Source: Patellaria atrata CBS 101060 (taxonomy: Eukaryota). From it: a stretch of 64,000 nt of DNA. Each line of letters opens with the position of its first letter. The first letter of the stretch is position 1. A model generated the notes under the pieces. That model saw nothing but the letters and a program-made list of their open reading frames with translations. It was not told where the DNA came from and did not search any database. The position numbers and the translations under genes are program-made. Shown here piece by piece: positions 26,101 to 39,026 of this stretch. The DNA lies in NCBI GenBank assembly GCA_010093705.1, contig MU006091.1:1488001-1552000 (forward strand). Direction: 5' to 3'.

Positions 26101-26419
26101 CATCACTAAACACAACCCCCTAGCTGCAAAACTACCTCTTACTCGGACATGCAAACATCATACGCTCGGTAACGCACGATATCCGAGCGACAGCCTTGGA
26201 ATCGGGCTACCGCATGTATGCTTCGGCGCCTTTGTGCGGCAAGCAGCATATTACGCTTTAACAAATTGAAACAGCCATTCGGTGGAGCAGAGGAGGACGC
26301 GGTCTTATATCTCTCCCACTTGCGGGACATCTCGATGTCCTCTTCCCTCTATAGACAAATAAAGAGCACATAGTGGAGGAACAAGCATGACATGACGTCT
26401 CCGCAAGTCTAAACTTGAC

Positions 26420-27480
26420 AGGATATGACAGGATTCACAACCACGGTATGCAAGCGTACCGCTACTCCTCGCTTACAACCTGTCAGACACTCTACCGGGG
26501 TAGGAAGGAATCTGGGGGTGGGTGACACAATACTACGCATGCAGCGGAGCGCGAACTAGGCCCCTGAGATGGCGTAAAATACCTACTTCACCCTCTATGT
26601 AGTAACATCGTCCTCACAGTTTACTACCGAATGATTGCAAGAAAAGCGTAGATCATATTCTTTCCGCGGCGCAGTGAATACACAAAGCTCGCTTCACCTC
26701 AACATTTGTACGAATCCCGGGTCTTTGGCAAACTACTGGACAACCCACACTAACAGGACATTGTTAACACTAGATGAAATCTAGCGCAGGGACACTATTT
26801 CGACTACATCAACCCCTACAGCCGAAGACTCCGCCGAAAACTCCGTCATAGGCCTCTCCACAAGCTATCAGATCTCCCTCGAGCCTGAAGCCTCATCCCA
26901 TACCTCCGCATCTACTCCCTCCTCATACACCCATACTGTTCCCCACCCCTACACAAGCGATTCACAACTTCCACATAAACATTGGGTGAGCGACAGCACA
27001 TGCATCTCCCCCTTACGAAGGAGCTGGAATCCAAAGCCGGCACGTACTCAAGGCAATGGGTAGGCAAGAATATCACGGCGAGTTTACGCAGACGTTGTTC
27101 CATAACAATGCATTCCAAATTATTGCCCGGAGAAAACCTAAACCGAGTGCCAGGACAACTTCATCACACCACATTGTGGAACGATCACCCACTGAAATTG
27201 TAAGCGCGGACGAAGGACGCATACTAAGAAGGACCACCGGACGGCGAGAACATGGTTCGAAATAGCGGACAACCGCGATGGCCACGCTGCGAGGAACACT
27301 TACAAGATCTGCTGCTGGGTTACTGATACACGCGTGGTGGAGGACGGAGGAATGTGTGATTTCTATGGACTATCTGAACTACCTGAATGATACATGTGCT
27401 TGGGATCTTGGTGGACGTTTTCAGAGCCGTCTACGATGATTGCCTAGCATCTGTTCGCTCGACCTGATGGCTAAATCTCT
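26420..27480 (+). pseudogene. Decayed multi-intron gene relic
   Basis: Successive intron-like segments (GTATGC..CTTAC..CAG, GTAAAA..CAG, GTACGA..CTAACAG) separate exon-like pieces that contain premature stops. Confidence 0.35.
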
Positions 27481-28881
27481 CATCGAGGTTCATGAGGCGT
27501 GTATTCTACTGTTGTTCACTACCCACCTACTTGTTCCATTCAGCTGAAGCGTCGCGCCGTAATTCAGATCGTATATAGATATCGTCGTATGCGCAAGTGG
27601 GAGTCTCCACCACGCCGTTGTCCCTCTATCTCTTTCACCCTCACCCTCTGCATTCCCTGACCTACCCTGCCCGCGGATGCACATTATGGCCGCACCATCA
27701 GATCAGCTTATGAAGCCAAAGAAACTACACCGCTGTACGACTCATTTTGCCCAATGCCCCTACCTATATCCGTGTAGCCTCAGCGATCCCTAGAAACCCG
27801 TCTGCATCTCCCACATCCTGCTACCCACCCCTCTTTTCCCGCAATGCCTTGGATGCTTCGTGATTCAAGCTAGGCACGTAGGTTACGACTATGATACATT
27901 GTCCGCTACGCATGGTCTTGGGGATAGATCGAAGATTTGCCGGAGTTCTGTACGTAACTGTTGGACGCGAGTTCGGGCTTTCGAGGCGCGGAGCGAGGGC
28001 AGCGGAGGTATCACTGGTCTAACGTGTGGGATGTGGAGGATATCGGGTTTCATTGACACACCGTTGGTTTGCCTCTACTTCATCCTCGACCTAATCTTAT
28101 AGCTCGTAGATACGTCACCTCCCAGAAAGCTGTTTGGGACGCTTCTCCGGCATATACAAGATCAAGGCAGTACCGTATCCCGGGCGGGACTGAAGGAAAA
28201 CGCCACACCTACCTTACCAGCCTCATTCACTTGCCGCCCCGTAACGGCTTGCTTAAAGCATTCCTTCCCTGAATAACCGAAGTTTCGCCAAGACCCTCTT
28301 TCGGGTGTTGAAGACGCAGATACTAATGAAGTCGCCGCGATAAACGTATACCGTTCCCGGGCCAAGTCGACCAATATCATACCAGTGTAGACACCAAAAA
28401 CAGATGTATACGTACAGTTTAACCCGTTGCTTCGCCTGATACCTCCAGTTACCCGAATATAAGACTGGAAGTGGGCGATATGGAGGCAAAACGAAGTCGA
28501 CTCTTGCGGGATAGAAGGGTATCTCTGCACCATCCGATGCCGTATATACAAACGGCAGCTCGGGGAAAACGTACGAAGCGAGCTCGAGCTTAATATTCGG
28601 TTTCCTGGCTCTTCCGAACTTGACTTCTGCATCTCATAACAGTGCTTTCGATACGCTTTTTCGAGGCGAGAATTGTGAGATCAGATACCAGAGAACCTTT
28701 TTGGTTGCTTTTTCTTCCCGTACGGCAGAATATCTTGTTCGCTTTGCGGTACGCCGCCTTCGCCGCGTGTTGTGAAGCCTTTATCGACGTTTTTTGTGTG
28801 GATACCGTTGTTTCTGGTGAGTGCGCAGCTTAAAGGAGCGCCCTATCGTGCAAAACTAATGCGTTCTGTTCTTATACAGCC

Positions 28882-29960
28882 ATGGATCCACGAAGATACT
28901 TCCCTAGTAGTGAACGGGCAGCACCGGTACCAGCAACGCCAAAGAGGCGTGGCTTAGTCCCATGGGACGGTGAGTACTATAGAACATGACTTTCTCCCAT
29001 GGCACGTTCTAACGAGTTGTATAGACAACAAGACAATCCTCGCGTTCCTGAGCATGCAGGACGCGTACCAGCGTCAGGGGATCGCCCTCCCATGGGATGA
29101 AGCAGCCAAAATCTTTGGTTCCAGATTGCACAAGGGACGCCCTTAAACAAAACCCTGTGGAAGTCCGCCGCCGACGGAAAGAGCAGGGCTTGCCGGTTCC
29201 CGCTTCGCTTGGGGGGAACCGCCGTACGATGGGTGCCCCGTCCAAGGAGTTACCCAAAGTGCATAGCAAGTTCGGCCTCCACAACCTCGCGAAGAAGGCG
29301 AGCTCGGTCGCCCTTCGTACAGTCGGCCGGAAAGGATCTAAGGATTCCTTGAAGGTCGTCCCGGTGGCTCCGGTTCAGCCCCGCATCCCGGATTAGCAGA
29401 GGTCACGGCCTATTCCGTGGAAACCGGTGTGGCGTCGGCGGCGCCCACCGGCAGGCTTCGACGTACGGCTCCTGCGTACACCGTTTCCCCGGCCGAGGCC
29501 CTCAAGCCGAAGCCTCTAGCCGAGTCTCGCCGTACAGCACTGGTAAGAAACCGTGCCCCCCAGATTCCGTACCAGGATGCCCCGGTTGCTCCCTGGGGGC
29601 AAAGCCAAGTTCTGCTGGAGCACCAGAGACCGTACGGCGGAAACATACGGGTCCCTGCCTCCGGGCAATCTCTTTCGCTGGACGACGAGCTGGTGGATGT
29701 GCTCGCTGGGCAAAATTACCGTGGAGGAGGTACGCAAGGTGGCTGAACGGCCAATATCCTTCGACTCATTCGACGATGAAGCCGCCTTTGCTGATGCCGC
29801 TTTCTACCCGATCTGGGGTATGAGGAGTTTCTAACTTCTTATACTGCCCAGGCGGGTTCCTCCACTGCGATGGAGACCCAGGAGACCTCCCAGCTCAGGG
29901 AAGCCGACTGAGAGGACGACCTGATCGCAGGCTACCGATACCAGGCCTCGGCGACTAGGA
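28882..29960 (+). pseudogene. Frameshifted Pezizomycotina Myb/HTH-like hypothetical protein gene
   Basis: MDPRR..LVPWD, then intron 28970-29024, then DNKTILAFLSMQDAYQRQGIALPWDEAAK, a +1 frameshift at ~29111, then SLVPDCTRDALKQNPVEVRRRRKEQGLPVP. This resembles the 'IPWDEVA..T..AI.QHL.KLR....GLPVP' fungal family. A further stop at 29394. Confidence 0.6.
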
Positions 29961-31015
29961 GACTGTACGGAGGTTGGGCGATGGTCACCCTCGTGGTGGC
30001 TCTCAAATCATCAATGTCGGTCTTTTGGAAGTCGAGTTCAGGGAGCTGTGTTCAGGTTGGTTCCTTATTCTCCTCCATGCGGCGAGTTCTGGCGTTGCGG
30101 GAGTTTTGGCCTGTGTCATTACTTGGAGTTCTACTTCCGTGGTGGTTGGCAGTTTTCCTCCGATGGAGATACCCTTTGAAAACTTTTGAAAAGTTTTGCA
30201 TGTTTCTTTGTGGTTCAGACAATGGTTCGGGGTTTTGTTCAACAATTTCGTACGCTTCTTTTGGGGTCTGGAGTTCTGCTTTTGAGACGTTTTGAGGAAT
30301 TTTTACGGCCTCTCTTTTGCTGGAACCAAAGCTTCGAAACCCTTCTGATTCGTTGCTGAACTAGATTCATGGTGGAAAAGCTTTTTTCTATCCCGAGGGC
30401 GGAGTTTGGATGATGCTTCTTTCTAAGGGGTTTGCTTCTCCGATACCCTCTAAGCAGATTTTGGACGAAGCTTTTTTAGATAGTACATTTCAGTGCAAAT
30501 GCTCACTTGCCTCGTTCTGAAAACTGTTCTCCATGGTTATAATTCTGTATTACGCTGAGCACTAACATTTAATATATCCTTTCCAGGGAAATTATCCACT
30601 TTCCAGCTCAGCGAGATAAATGGGAATGAAATACGGCCTAAAACAGTCAAAGACAAGGAGACAGCTGTTCACGCACTTAAAAGATAACAAGAGACGGAAT
30701 CCTGATCCTTTCGATGATTACTTCAGTAAGTGTTGAAGAAATAAGGAAGTTAGAGTGAAGATGCGGAGTGCGGCGAACGTTAGGTGTGGTTTTTACACGG
30801 GGGGTTGGGTGTTAACGACGGGAGTTTATACTTCTCTAAGCCGGAACAAAATAGGTATAAACACGCGCAAGGTTTCTCACAGGTGAGAGATCTCGTTCCT
30901 AGAAGGGCAGGTTTCCGCTTCGTGATAGAACGTGTAAAAGTTGTACTTCGAGCTGACGATACAACTCGCTTCCCCTTAACTCTCTCAAAGGCTTCACAGT
31001 AGAGACAAGTAATAC

Positions 31016-31346
31016 TGTACGAACACAGTATGACAAAGGTGAGTTAAGTCAAAGATCGTAACGTCTAATCTTATAGTAAGATATGTTGGTAAGAAGAACT
31101 ACGAAGAATCTGAATACATACGTAAAGGAGCATCCTTAAGGATTCCTTCTTCACATTCTTATTTCATGCTGGTCGTCTAGTCGTTCTGGTCGTTTAGTCG
31201 TTTCTCTACGATCGAACGACCAAACGTCCAAACGTCCAAGTCACGTGATCTCCATATCACTGACTTTTCCCGCAGTTATACCGAGTGGCTGTTCCTCTCT
31301 CCTCCACTCCTCCACTGTCCGTTTCTTACGTCTTGTGGCCGTAACA
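31016..31346 (-). mobile_element. Probable solo LTR (~330 bp)
   Basis: Minus strand begins TGTTACG and ends CGTACA. Contains short tandem repeats (GGACGTTT, ACGAC[CT]A) and TCACGTGA. No TSD found. Confidence 0.5.
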
Positions 31347-31370
31347 TCGAATAAGTACTTCAACAGATAG

Positions 31371-31520
31371 TGTTAGAGTTGAACAAGAATTTTATTACTG
31401 AAATTGCTAAGCTACGATCGGGTATTGTGGTTTTGACTAATTGCCAAGACACTAGCCATCACAGCCACGAGATGAGAGGCTATGCTGATAGATACCACGT
31501 GATAACTGAGAGCTGTGACA
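31371..31520. mobile_element. Possible short LTR (~150 bp)
   Basis: TGTTA...TGACA termini, abutting the AT-rich tract. Confidence 0.35.
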
Positions 31521-31792
31521 AAAATTAAATTAATTAAAATATAAATATAAATTATAAGATAAAATGCTTCAAAAATAATAATAAAGTTTTAAATAGAGTT
31601 AATTATAATTAAATATTATTATAGTTAATATATATTATATTATTTTAAATCTATTTTTTTTCATTTTTAAATTGATAAATATTAAAAAAAATATTGAGTA
31701 AAAATAGCTTTAAACTATAAACTATTATAATAATTATTATTATAATCTTAGTATAATAACCTTTAAATTTTTTCTTTTTTCTAAAGTTAATA
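31521..31792. other. Extremely AT-rich, TpA-rich tract, probably a RIP-destroyed repeat
   Basis: Almost no C or G over ~270 bp, with sharp edges against ~50% GC flanks. Confidence 0.7.
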
Positions 31793-31990
31793 GATCCCCG
31801 GTGAACACCCTTGTCGGAATACAGATTATACCCAAATCTATTGCGGAGTACATTACAGATTTCAATATATCCGGACCTGCATTCCCTACACCGTATGAGA
31901 AAGAGAAACAATTAAATAGATTTTCGCCTTACGCCTTCAAAATGGTTTCCCCTCCCGTTCACCACTCCTCCAACTGCATCCCAAGACACC

Positions 31991-33300
31991 ATGCTTTACG
32001 GTACGCCATTAGCTAGCCTAACGGCGCTGCTGGCATCGTTGCAAGTTGCAATGGCCGTCAATCTATACGCAGCCTCGTACTCAGGCACTCTTACCTCGTT
32101 CGAGTTGACTAAGGATCGCAATGGCAGCTATGCGTTTTTGCAGAAGCAGATCTTGAACCTCGGTCGCCGGACTCCTGCGTGGTTGACACTGGACTCCTCA
32201 AATGGGATCTTGTACGTTGCGAACGAGGGATTGACGAGTCGGAATGGATCGTTGCTGTCGTACAAGACCAGTAAAGAGGGAAACTTGACCCAGATACAGG
32301 AGTTGCAAACGTTCTGGGGTCCGGTGGACATCACGTTCTTTGGCAAGGGGAAGGCGATAAGTGTGGCCGAGTAGTATGTATACCGCTCGCATACTCAACC
32401 AATCTACCATAATTAATAGAATGTGCTCATAGTCTCGGAAACTCTGTCCAAACCTTCTCTATAACCGAACCAGGCCAATTCGTCGTCCTCGAATCATATA
32501 CCTATACAATGGACGGTCCTGGTCCAGTTCCCAACCGTCAAGAAGCTCCCCACCCCCACCAGAGTATCTTAGATCCCACGGGCTCATTTTTGCTCATGCC
32601 AGACTTAGGCGCAGACCTGGTGCGCGTTTACAAGATTGATAAAACCACCAACAAACTCACTGCTGTGGAGCCCTTAAAGGCAACACCAGGCTCTGGACCG
32701 CGTCACGGAACCTTTTCCAAGAAGCCCGTTGGGGGCCATTACATCTTTTACCTTGTCACGGAGCTTACCAGCCAGGTTACAGCGTACAAAGTTACGCATT
32801 CCGACTGTGGGAACTTGTCCTTCGAGGAGGTCGGGAGTCTGAGTACCCTAAAACCGGGCCAACCCATTCCACCTACAACCACTGGAGAGGGGACAGGAGT
32901 AGGGGCAGAAGTTGCTGTAACTGTACATATTTCCTATATCCCAACCCTCACACTTTTCCTTGACCACAAAAGCTGATAACTTGAGCCATAGCATGACAAC
33001 AAACACGTCATCGTCTCCAATCGACGCGACTTGACCTTCAACAACGCATCCGACTCCATGACCGTGTACGAAATCTCGCCCAGAACTGGTAACCTCACTT
33101 TCCAGCAGCAATTCCCGGCCGGAGGGTCTTTCCCAAGGCAATTTGCATTGAATAAAGCGGGAGATCTCGTTGCGGTGGGCCTGCAGAATAGTGGGTTGGT
33201 TGCTGTCCTATCACGGAATAGGAGGACGGGGCTTTTCGATAGGCAGGTTGCGAGTGTGCCGGTCGCCGGGCAGGTTACTTGTGTTGTGTGGGATGAGTAG
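31991..33300 (+). CDS. Secreted 7-bladed beta-propeller lactonase (6-phosphogluconolactonase / carboxy-muconate cyclase family), 3 exons
   Basis: Signal peptide; NLYAASYSG; GPGPVPNRQEAPHPHQSILDPTG.FLLMPDLGADLVR; PGSGPRHG; VSNR; GGSFPRQFALNKAGDLVAVGLQ. Confidence 0.92.
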
Positions 33301-33561
33301 AACAGGATGGTCAATTGATGTAAAGGGATGAGTTTAGAAAAATGCGAAATTGGAGTAAAATCTGTATGTACAGCTATGGAGTAAATATCAACATAAGAAT
33401 AGAGAGATAGACGATCTAGAAATCCATACTGCCGAATGAGACACCCACTCTCACTCAGGAGTCCCACACTCACATCCGGTAATGTCAAAACCGAAGTATT
33501 CCCAGACACATTAGCTAACCCTCAAAGGATAAATCCGAAGCACAAACCACCTCAAGTTCAC

Positions 33562-34862
33562 CTAAGCTCTGAAAGCCACAGCCCTAACAGCCTCCCTCGT
33601 CGCCTCTCTAGCAGTATTAAGATAATTCTTCACACTAACCAAAAACCCCGAATTCGCATACGCCTGACTAACATCCCACATCATGACGCCACCCATCCTC
33701 TCAAACTTCTTCACGAACCCGATAATCTCCCTCAATCTATCCCCACCCGTATACCCGCTGCCAGCCGCGCTCGGCCCTGCCGGAGTCCCCAACATGACCT
33801 TGACGTTGCGATTGACGCTCGTCTGGCGTGCCCACTGGTCCCACGTGTTGAAGTTGAAGTTCCATTGGTCCGCGGCGCCCGACACGTACGACTGCAAGCC
33901 GCAGTAGTTGTTGTAGAACTGCGGCCAGATCACGTCGAAGGCGACGCCCCCGGCGGCTAGCATCTCGCCCATCGCGTAGTCCGGGTAGGGACATTGCGGA
34001 GCGCCCGTGATGAGGAAGCCGGAGCCCGACGCGTTCATGAGGGTGCGAAGACGCTGGCCGAATGGGACCATGTTGCGAACGCCGGCTTCGAAGTCGAAGT
34101 CGATCCCGTTAACGTAGGAGTCGCCGAAGGGACGGAGGGCGCTGGAGGAGGTGCGTGGGCCGAAGGTTTGCCAGATCATTTGCGCGGCGGAGGTGGCGTC
34201 GGCGGCGGAGGCGAAGCCCCCTTCGGTGTAGGTTGCGCCACCGATGGAGAGGAGGATTGTTTTGCCGCGGGATTGGCAGGTTTTGATGTCAGCGCTGGGA
34301 TGGAGGTTAGTGAGGTATTGAGGGTCAATTGGTGTAGAAAGGGACTCTTAGGACAAAAAGCAGAAGCAAATCAGGAAGAGGAAGGAACTTACGCTATTTC
34401 GGGGCAATTGAAGGTACTGGTGCCAGGGAAGACCGTGCATCTGTCTCCTTGATTCGCAAAGTTCATTCTAATATATCATTAGAATGATAGTTTAAGAATT
34501 TAAAATAAAATTCTTACACAGGTTGACCGCCAGTCCCCTTGATCTGAACTAAGAAGGACATGATGATAATCTATTCAATGATCAGATATCGCTAAAACAT
34601 GAGTTTATATGCCATACATCAATATTTGAGTCTAGTCGAATGTTAGTCTCAATATATCTTGTATTGAAAGTGCTTCAGTGAATTTACCTGAACAATAATT
34701 TGACAGCCTCTGCTGGGCAAGATTTCCGCTTCCCTGTCCATAAGAATTCTGTCCCCAGTATACAGCAACATTGTTCTTAGCAGAAGGATTATAGCCGGCC
34801 AAAGCGGTCTGGAATAAAGTTACAGCTGTAGCAGCTACAGGAAAATAAGTTTGAAGAAACAT
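33562..34862 (-). CDS. GH18 chitinase, class III/subgroup B, secreted, 5 exons
   Basis: Signal peptide, then NVAVYWGQNS; KTILLSIGGA; catalytic NGIDFDFE; ITGAPQCPYPD; QFYNNYC; MGGVMMWD. Confidence 0.96.
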
Positions 34863-36255
34863 TGTTAATGGTATGAACAAGAAGAGAATATGGAAGGAGT
34901 GTACTTAGACTACTCTGCCTGTAGCTTTGGTTTGAGGCAAAACTATGAGGATGAAGCATCTTTATATATTCACGGAAGGTATGAGGGTCCATATCATAGG
35001 CATCCAGAGGAGAGTGGCAAAATACTGTAGCAATAAGAGAAATGTATGCTGCGAAGCAACAGTCTAGGGTGTCCAAGAGAATGGAATTAAAGAGTGAAGC
35101 TCCAAACCTACGGGATTGCAAAGGTAAAGAATGATGGAGGGTGCATACTCGAAAAGGAGACATTGCAGGGTGTGGGTATTGATTTACTTCTCCCTACCTC
35201 CCTAGTAGAGCATCTAGTTATCTAAGGGACTACCGACACTCTGAGCGCGTATGATATTGGGAACTTTAACATTAGACTGCGAACAGCCTTTTGATTAGTC
35301 TCATGTGTGGTGGAATGCTAAGTCCTAGCCAAATGCATGTGTAGTTGAGCTGCAGGATAACTAACAACCCTGGTCCCAGAAACCGCGGAGCGCAACTGTA
35401 TGATAAGGCGGAAAGAAGTCTAGTAACTCTATAGAATCTGCAATCCAACATCAAATTCCAGAGATATAAGAAGCAAGGTTAGATTACTAGGGAAGGCGCG
35501 TAGTGGAAAGGAAGGGAGATGAGAGCGAGTATGTTAAGCTTCATGACTGGACATGCCCGATTAAGCAAAGACTATGAAATGAGGAGACTGTTGAGGCATG
35601 ATATCATAGGTCTTACGGAAGGTCGAAATATGTTGAGTATAAGGATTAGTTACGGAATAAGCATTTCAGTAAACTTCTCATAAGCAGTCCTCCATATACC
35701 CGGGAAGGATACTGACTTCTACGTACTGCTGCACCAGAGATGGGAGAATACATTAAACCACCTTCTCTGCAACCTTACGGGCGCTACTGTGCCTACATTC
35801 TCCTTTTCTAGATGCAAGATAGTGATAGCCCTGCTGTCTCTAGAACCGGGGGGATGAAGATAAGGTTACACCCCACACTGCCTTTCTCATGGCGGGCCGC
35901 TGCAATAGCTGGGTCAAGGATGGAGTTCATTGCATGGGAAGGTTAAGGAGATGCAGGTCCGTCTTGCATTACATCGTTTGTAAAGGTGGAGATTTGCTTT
36001 TGGCAAAATGGCAGGTGACTTGAGTGCTGGACAAAAGGGGACGTTGAGCTAGGAGAGGGAAAGAGGAAGTTACAAAACCCCTCGGGATCCCCTGGCGATC
36101 TTTCAACGTCCATACAAGAACACATGACTGCCACTAAGAGCCCAGTTAGAATATAATCAAAAATGATATTCCGCCTTCGATACATGATTCTTGCAATATT
36201 GACTTCTCGCTGGGCACGAGCACTGGTGGAGGAGAACTGGATGATTTACTTATTA

Positions 36256-36305
36256 TCACGTGATGAGGAAGCTCCGGAGAAGCTTGGGCCTCTAATGCAC
36301 GTGAC
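36256..36305 (+). promoter_or_regulatory. Two CACGTG E-boxes flanking an imperfect nGAAn/HSE-like stretch in the HSP60 promoter
   Basis: TCACGTGA at 36256-36263 and CACGTGAC at 36298-36305, with GAAgcTCCggaGAAgcTT between them. Confidence 0.35.
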
Positions 36306-36489
36306 CTTCATGTTTCCATAATTTTCCATCGTCAACCGCAATCAATGGCCATCCTTCGAACTTTTTTTCCCGTCCTTCAATTCTCACTCATCCCATCAAT
36401 CATCACACATTCTTCTGCGTTATTACTTGGAGTCTCGGAGCAAGGCATTCATTGACTTCTCTTACCACACAATTTTTTAATATATCACA

Positions 36490-38379
36490 ATGCAGCGCGC
36501 ATTCGCCTCTAGGGCGCGGTCATCCGTCCTCAACTCCTCGGCCGCGAGACTCAGACCTTCCACATCCCTAAACGTCCAACAACAGAGATTCGCACACAAG
36601 GTAAGAGGGGACTCGAGCATTGATGCAGCTTCCCGCTGTATTCTCATCGAGCATATTGCTGACCAGCTTGGAACAGGAGCTGAAGTTCGGCGTTGAAGGT
36701 CGGGCAGCTCTCCTACAAGGTGTGGAGACTCTAGCAAAGGCCGTTGCAACTACATTGGGGCCTAAGGGACGAAATGTGTTGATCGAGTCAAGCTATGGGT
36801 CACCTAAGATCACAAAGGGTATGTGAGAATGCTAGCTCCCATATAGAGCGTTGCTAATATCTACGGCGCAGATGGTGTCACCGTTGCAAAGGCCGTTACT
36901 CTCAAGGACAAGTTCGAGAATCTCGGTGCCCGTCTGATCCAAGATGTTGCATCAAAGACGAATGAGGTCGCTGGTGATGGTACTACGACCGCCACTGTCC
37001 TTGCTCGTGCTATCTTCTCCGAGACCGTGAAGAACGTCGCCGCCGGATGCAACCCAATGGACCTGCGGAGAGGTACACAAGCTGCTGTTGACGCGGTTAT
37101 TGACTACCTCAAAACCAACAAGCGTGATATCACTACTAGTGAAGAGATTGCGCAAGTAGCGACCATCAGCGCTAACGGAGATACCCATATCGGTAAGCTC
37201 CTCTCGAACGCGATGGAGAAGGTCGGAAAAGAGGGTGTCATCACGGTTAAGGAGGGGAAGACGATTGATGATCAACTTGAAGTTACTGAGGGTATGAAGT
37301 TCGATCGTGGCTTCGTTTCTCCGTACTTCATCACCGATGTCAAGTCACAGAAGGTTGAGTTTGAGAAGCCCCTCATCTTGCTCTCGGAGAAGAAAATCTC
37401 TGCCGCTCAGGACATCATTCCTTCGCTCGAAGCCTCTCAACAACTCCGCCGCCCACTAGTCATCATTGCCGAAGACATTGACGGCGAGGCTCTAGCTATC
37501 TGCATTCTCAACAAGATCCGTGGACAAATTCAGGTTGCGGCGGTTAAGGCCCCTGGTTTCGGCGACAACCGCAAGTCAATCCTCGGAGATCTTGCTGTAC
37601 TCACGAACGGTACCGTATTCACCGACGAACTCGATGTGAAGCTTGAAAAGGCCACAGCTGACATGCTCGGCTCAACCGGTTCAATCACTATCACCAAAGA
37701 GGATACAGTCATCCTCAACGGCGAAGGTGGCAAAGACGCCATCGCTCAACGTTCCGAACAAATCCGCGGAGTCATGGCCGATCCCACCACTTCGGATTAC
37801 GAGAAAGAAAAGCTCCAAGAACGCCTTGCTAAGCTCTCAGGTGGCGTTGCCGTCATTCGTGTTGGTGGTGCTTCCGAAGTTGAGGTCGGTGAGAAGAAGG
37901 ACCGGATAGTCGACGCCCTGAACGCTACCCGTGCTGCTGTTGAGGAGGGTATTCTTCCAGGTGGTGGTACCGCCCTTCTCAAGGCTTCCGCGAATGCTCT
38001 TAAGGATGTCAAGACTTCCAACTTTGATCAACAACTTGGTGTCAGTATCGTCAAGAACGCTATTACTCGACCCGCTCGCATGATTGTCGAAAACGCTGGT
38101 AGCGAAGGTAGCGTTGTCGTCGGCAAACTTACCGATGAATTCGGCAAGGACTTCAATAAGGGCTTTGACAGTTCTAAGGGCGAGTACGTTGACATGGTCG
38201 CAGCCGGTATCCTAGATCCTTTTAAGGTCGTTCGAACAGCACTAGTAGATGCTAGTGGTGTTGCATCACTGCTAGGTACTACTGAGGTCGCTATAGTAGA
38301 AGCTCCTGAAGAAAAAGCTGCTCCACCAATGGGTGGCATGGGCGGTATGGGCGGTATGGGTGGCGGCATGGGTTTCTAA
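36490..38379 (+). CDS. HSP60: Mitochondrial chaperonin Hsp60, 3 exons
   Basis: Mitochondrial presequence; [34 protein letters not shown]-terminal GGM repeats. Confidence 0.99.
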
Positions 38380-39026
38380 GCTCTGTCGACTACCATGCTG
38401 TGTTCCTCTCATATTCCTATACCACAATTATGCCGTTCCGACTCTTATTTTTGTTAGATAAGATTTTCACTCCCCTCTACTCTTCGCAACTTGTCTTGTT
38501 TATCCAGCAAAGCTGAGCGGTGTTCTGGATTTTGTATCATATACTGTAAATATTGTGCTCCATAGCGGTGTAAATGGGGATAAAAGTCCATCCGACAAGC
38601 TCATAATAAAATCAAAAGTATTCAATACATTTCAATCAATAATCTCGCCATGTCTAAAATCAAGTATCACAATTTCACACCTGTGGCCTTCGAGGTTTTA
38701 CTGATGTAGCTTTCCACAACCATTCAGGTGAACTAGAATCTTAATAAGCGCGAACCCCCACCATCAAGAAACACTGCCCCTCTGAATGAATTTGCGACTG
38801 CCTACAGGTTCGTCAACCTTTCCTTCAGCTCATGAACCTTTTACTCTCTTCATTCTTCTTAACTTCAACTTCTGCCTGAAAGGACGACGTAAGTAATCCA
38901 CGTGGGATCTCATGACTCTGCAGCCCGAATTCGACCTTCGTGATAGATAAATTCACGCTCACCGCAAATAGCATCACCCATTCGAGAAAACCTATTCCTC
39001 CCTCTTTACTTTTTTAGTCTTTCGCC

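Noticed and set aside
24100..26300. Short ORFs on both strands
   Set aside because: Possibly another relic, but there is no consistent frame, splice pattern or domain I can support.
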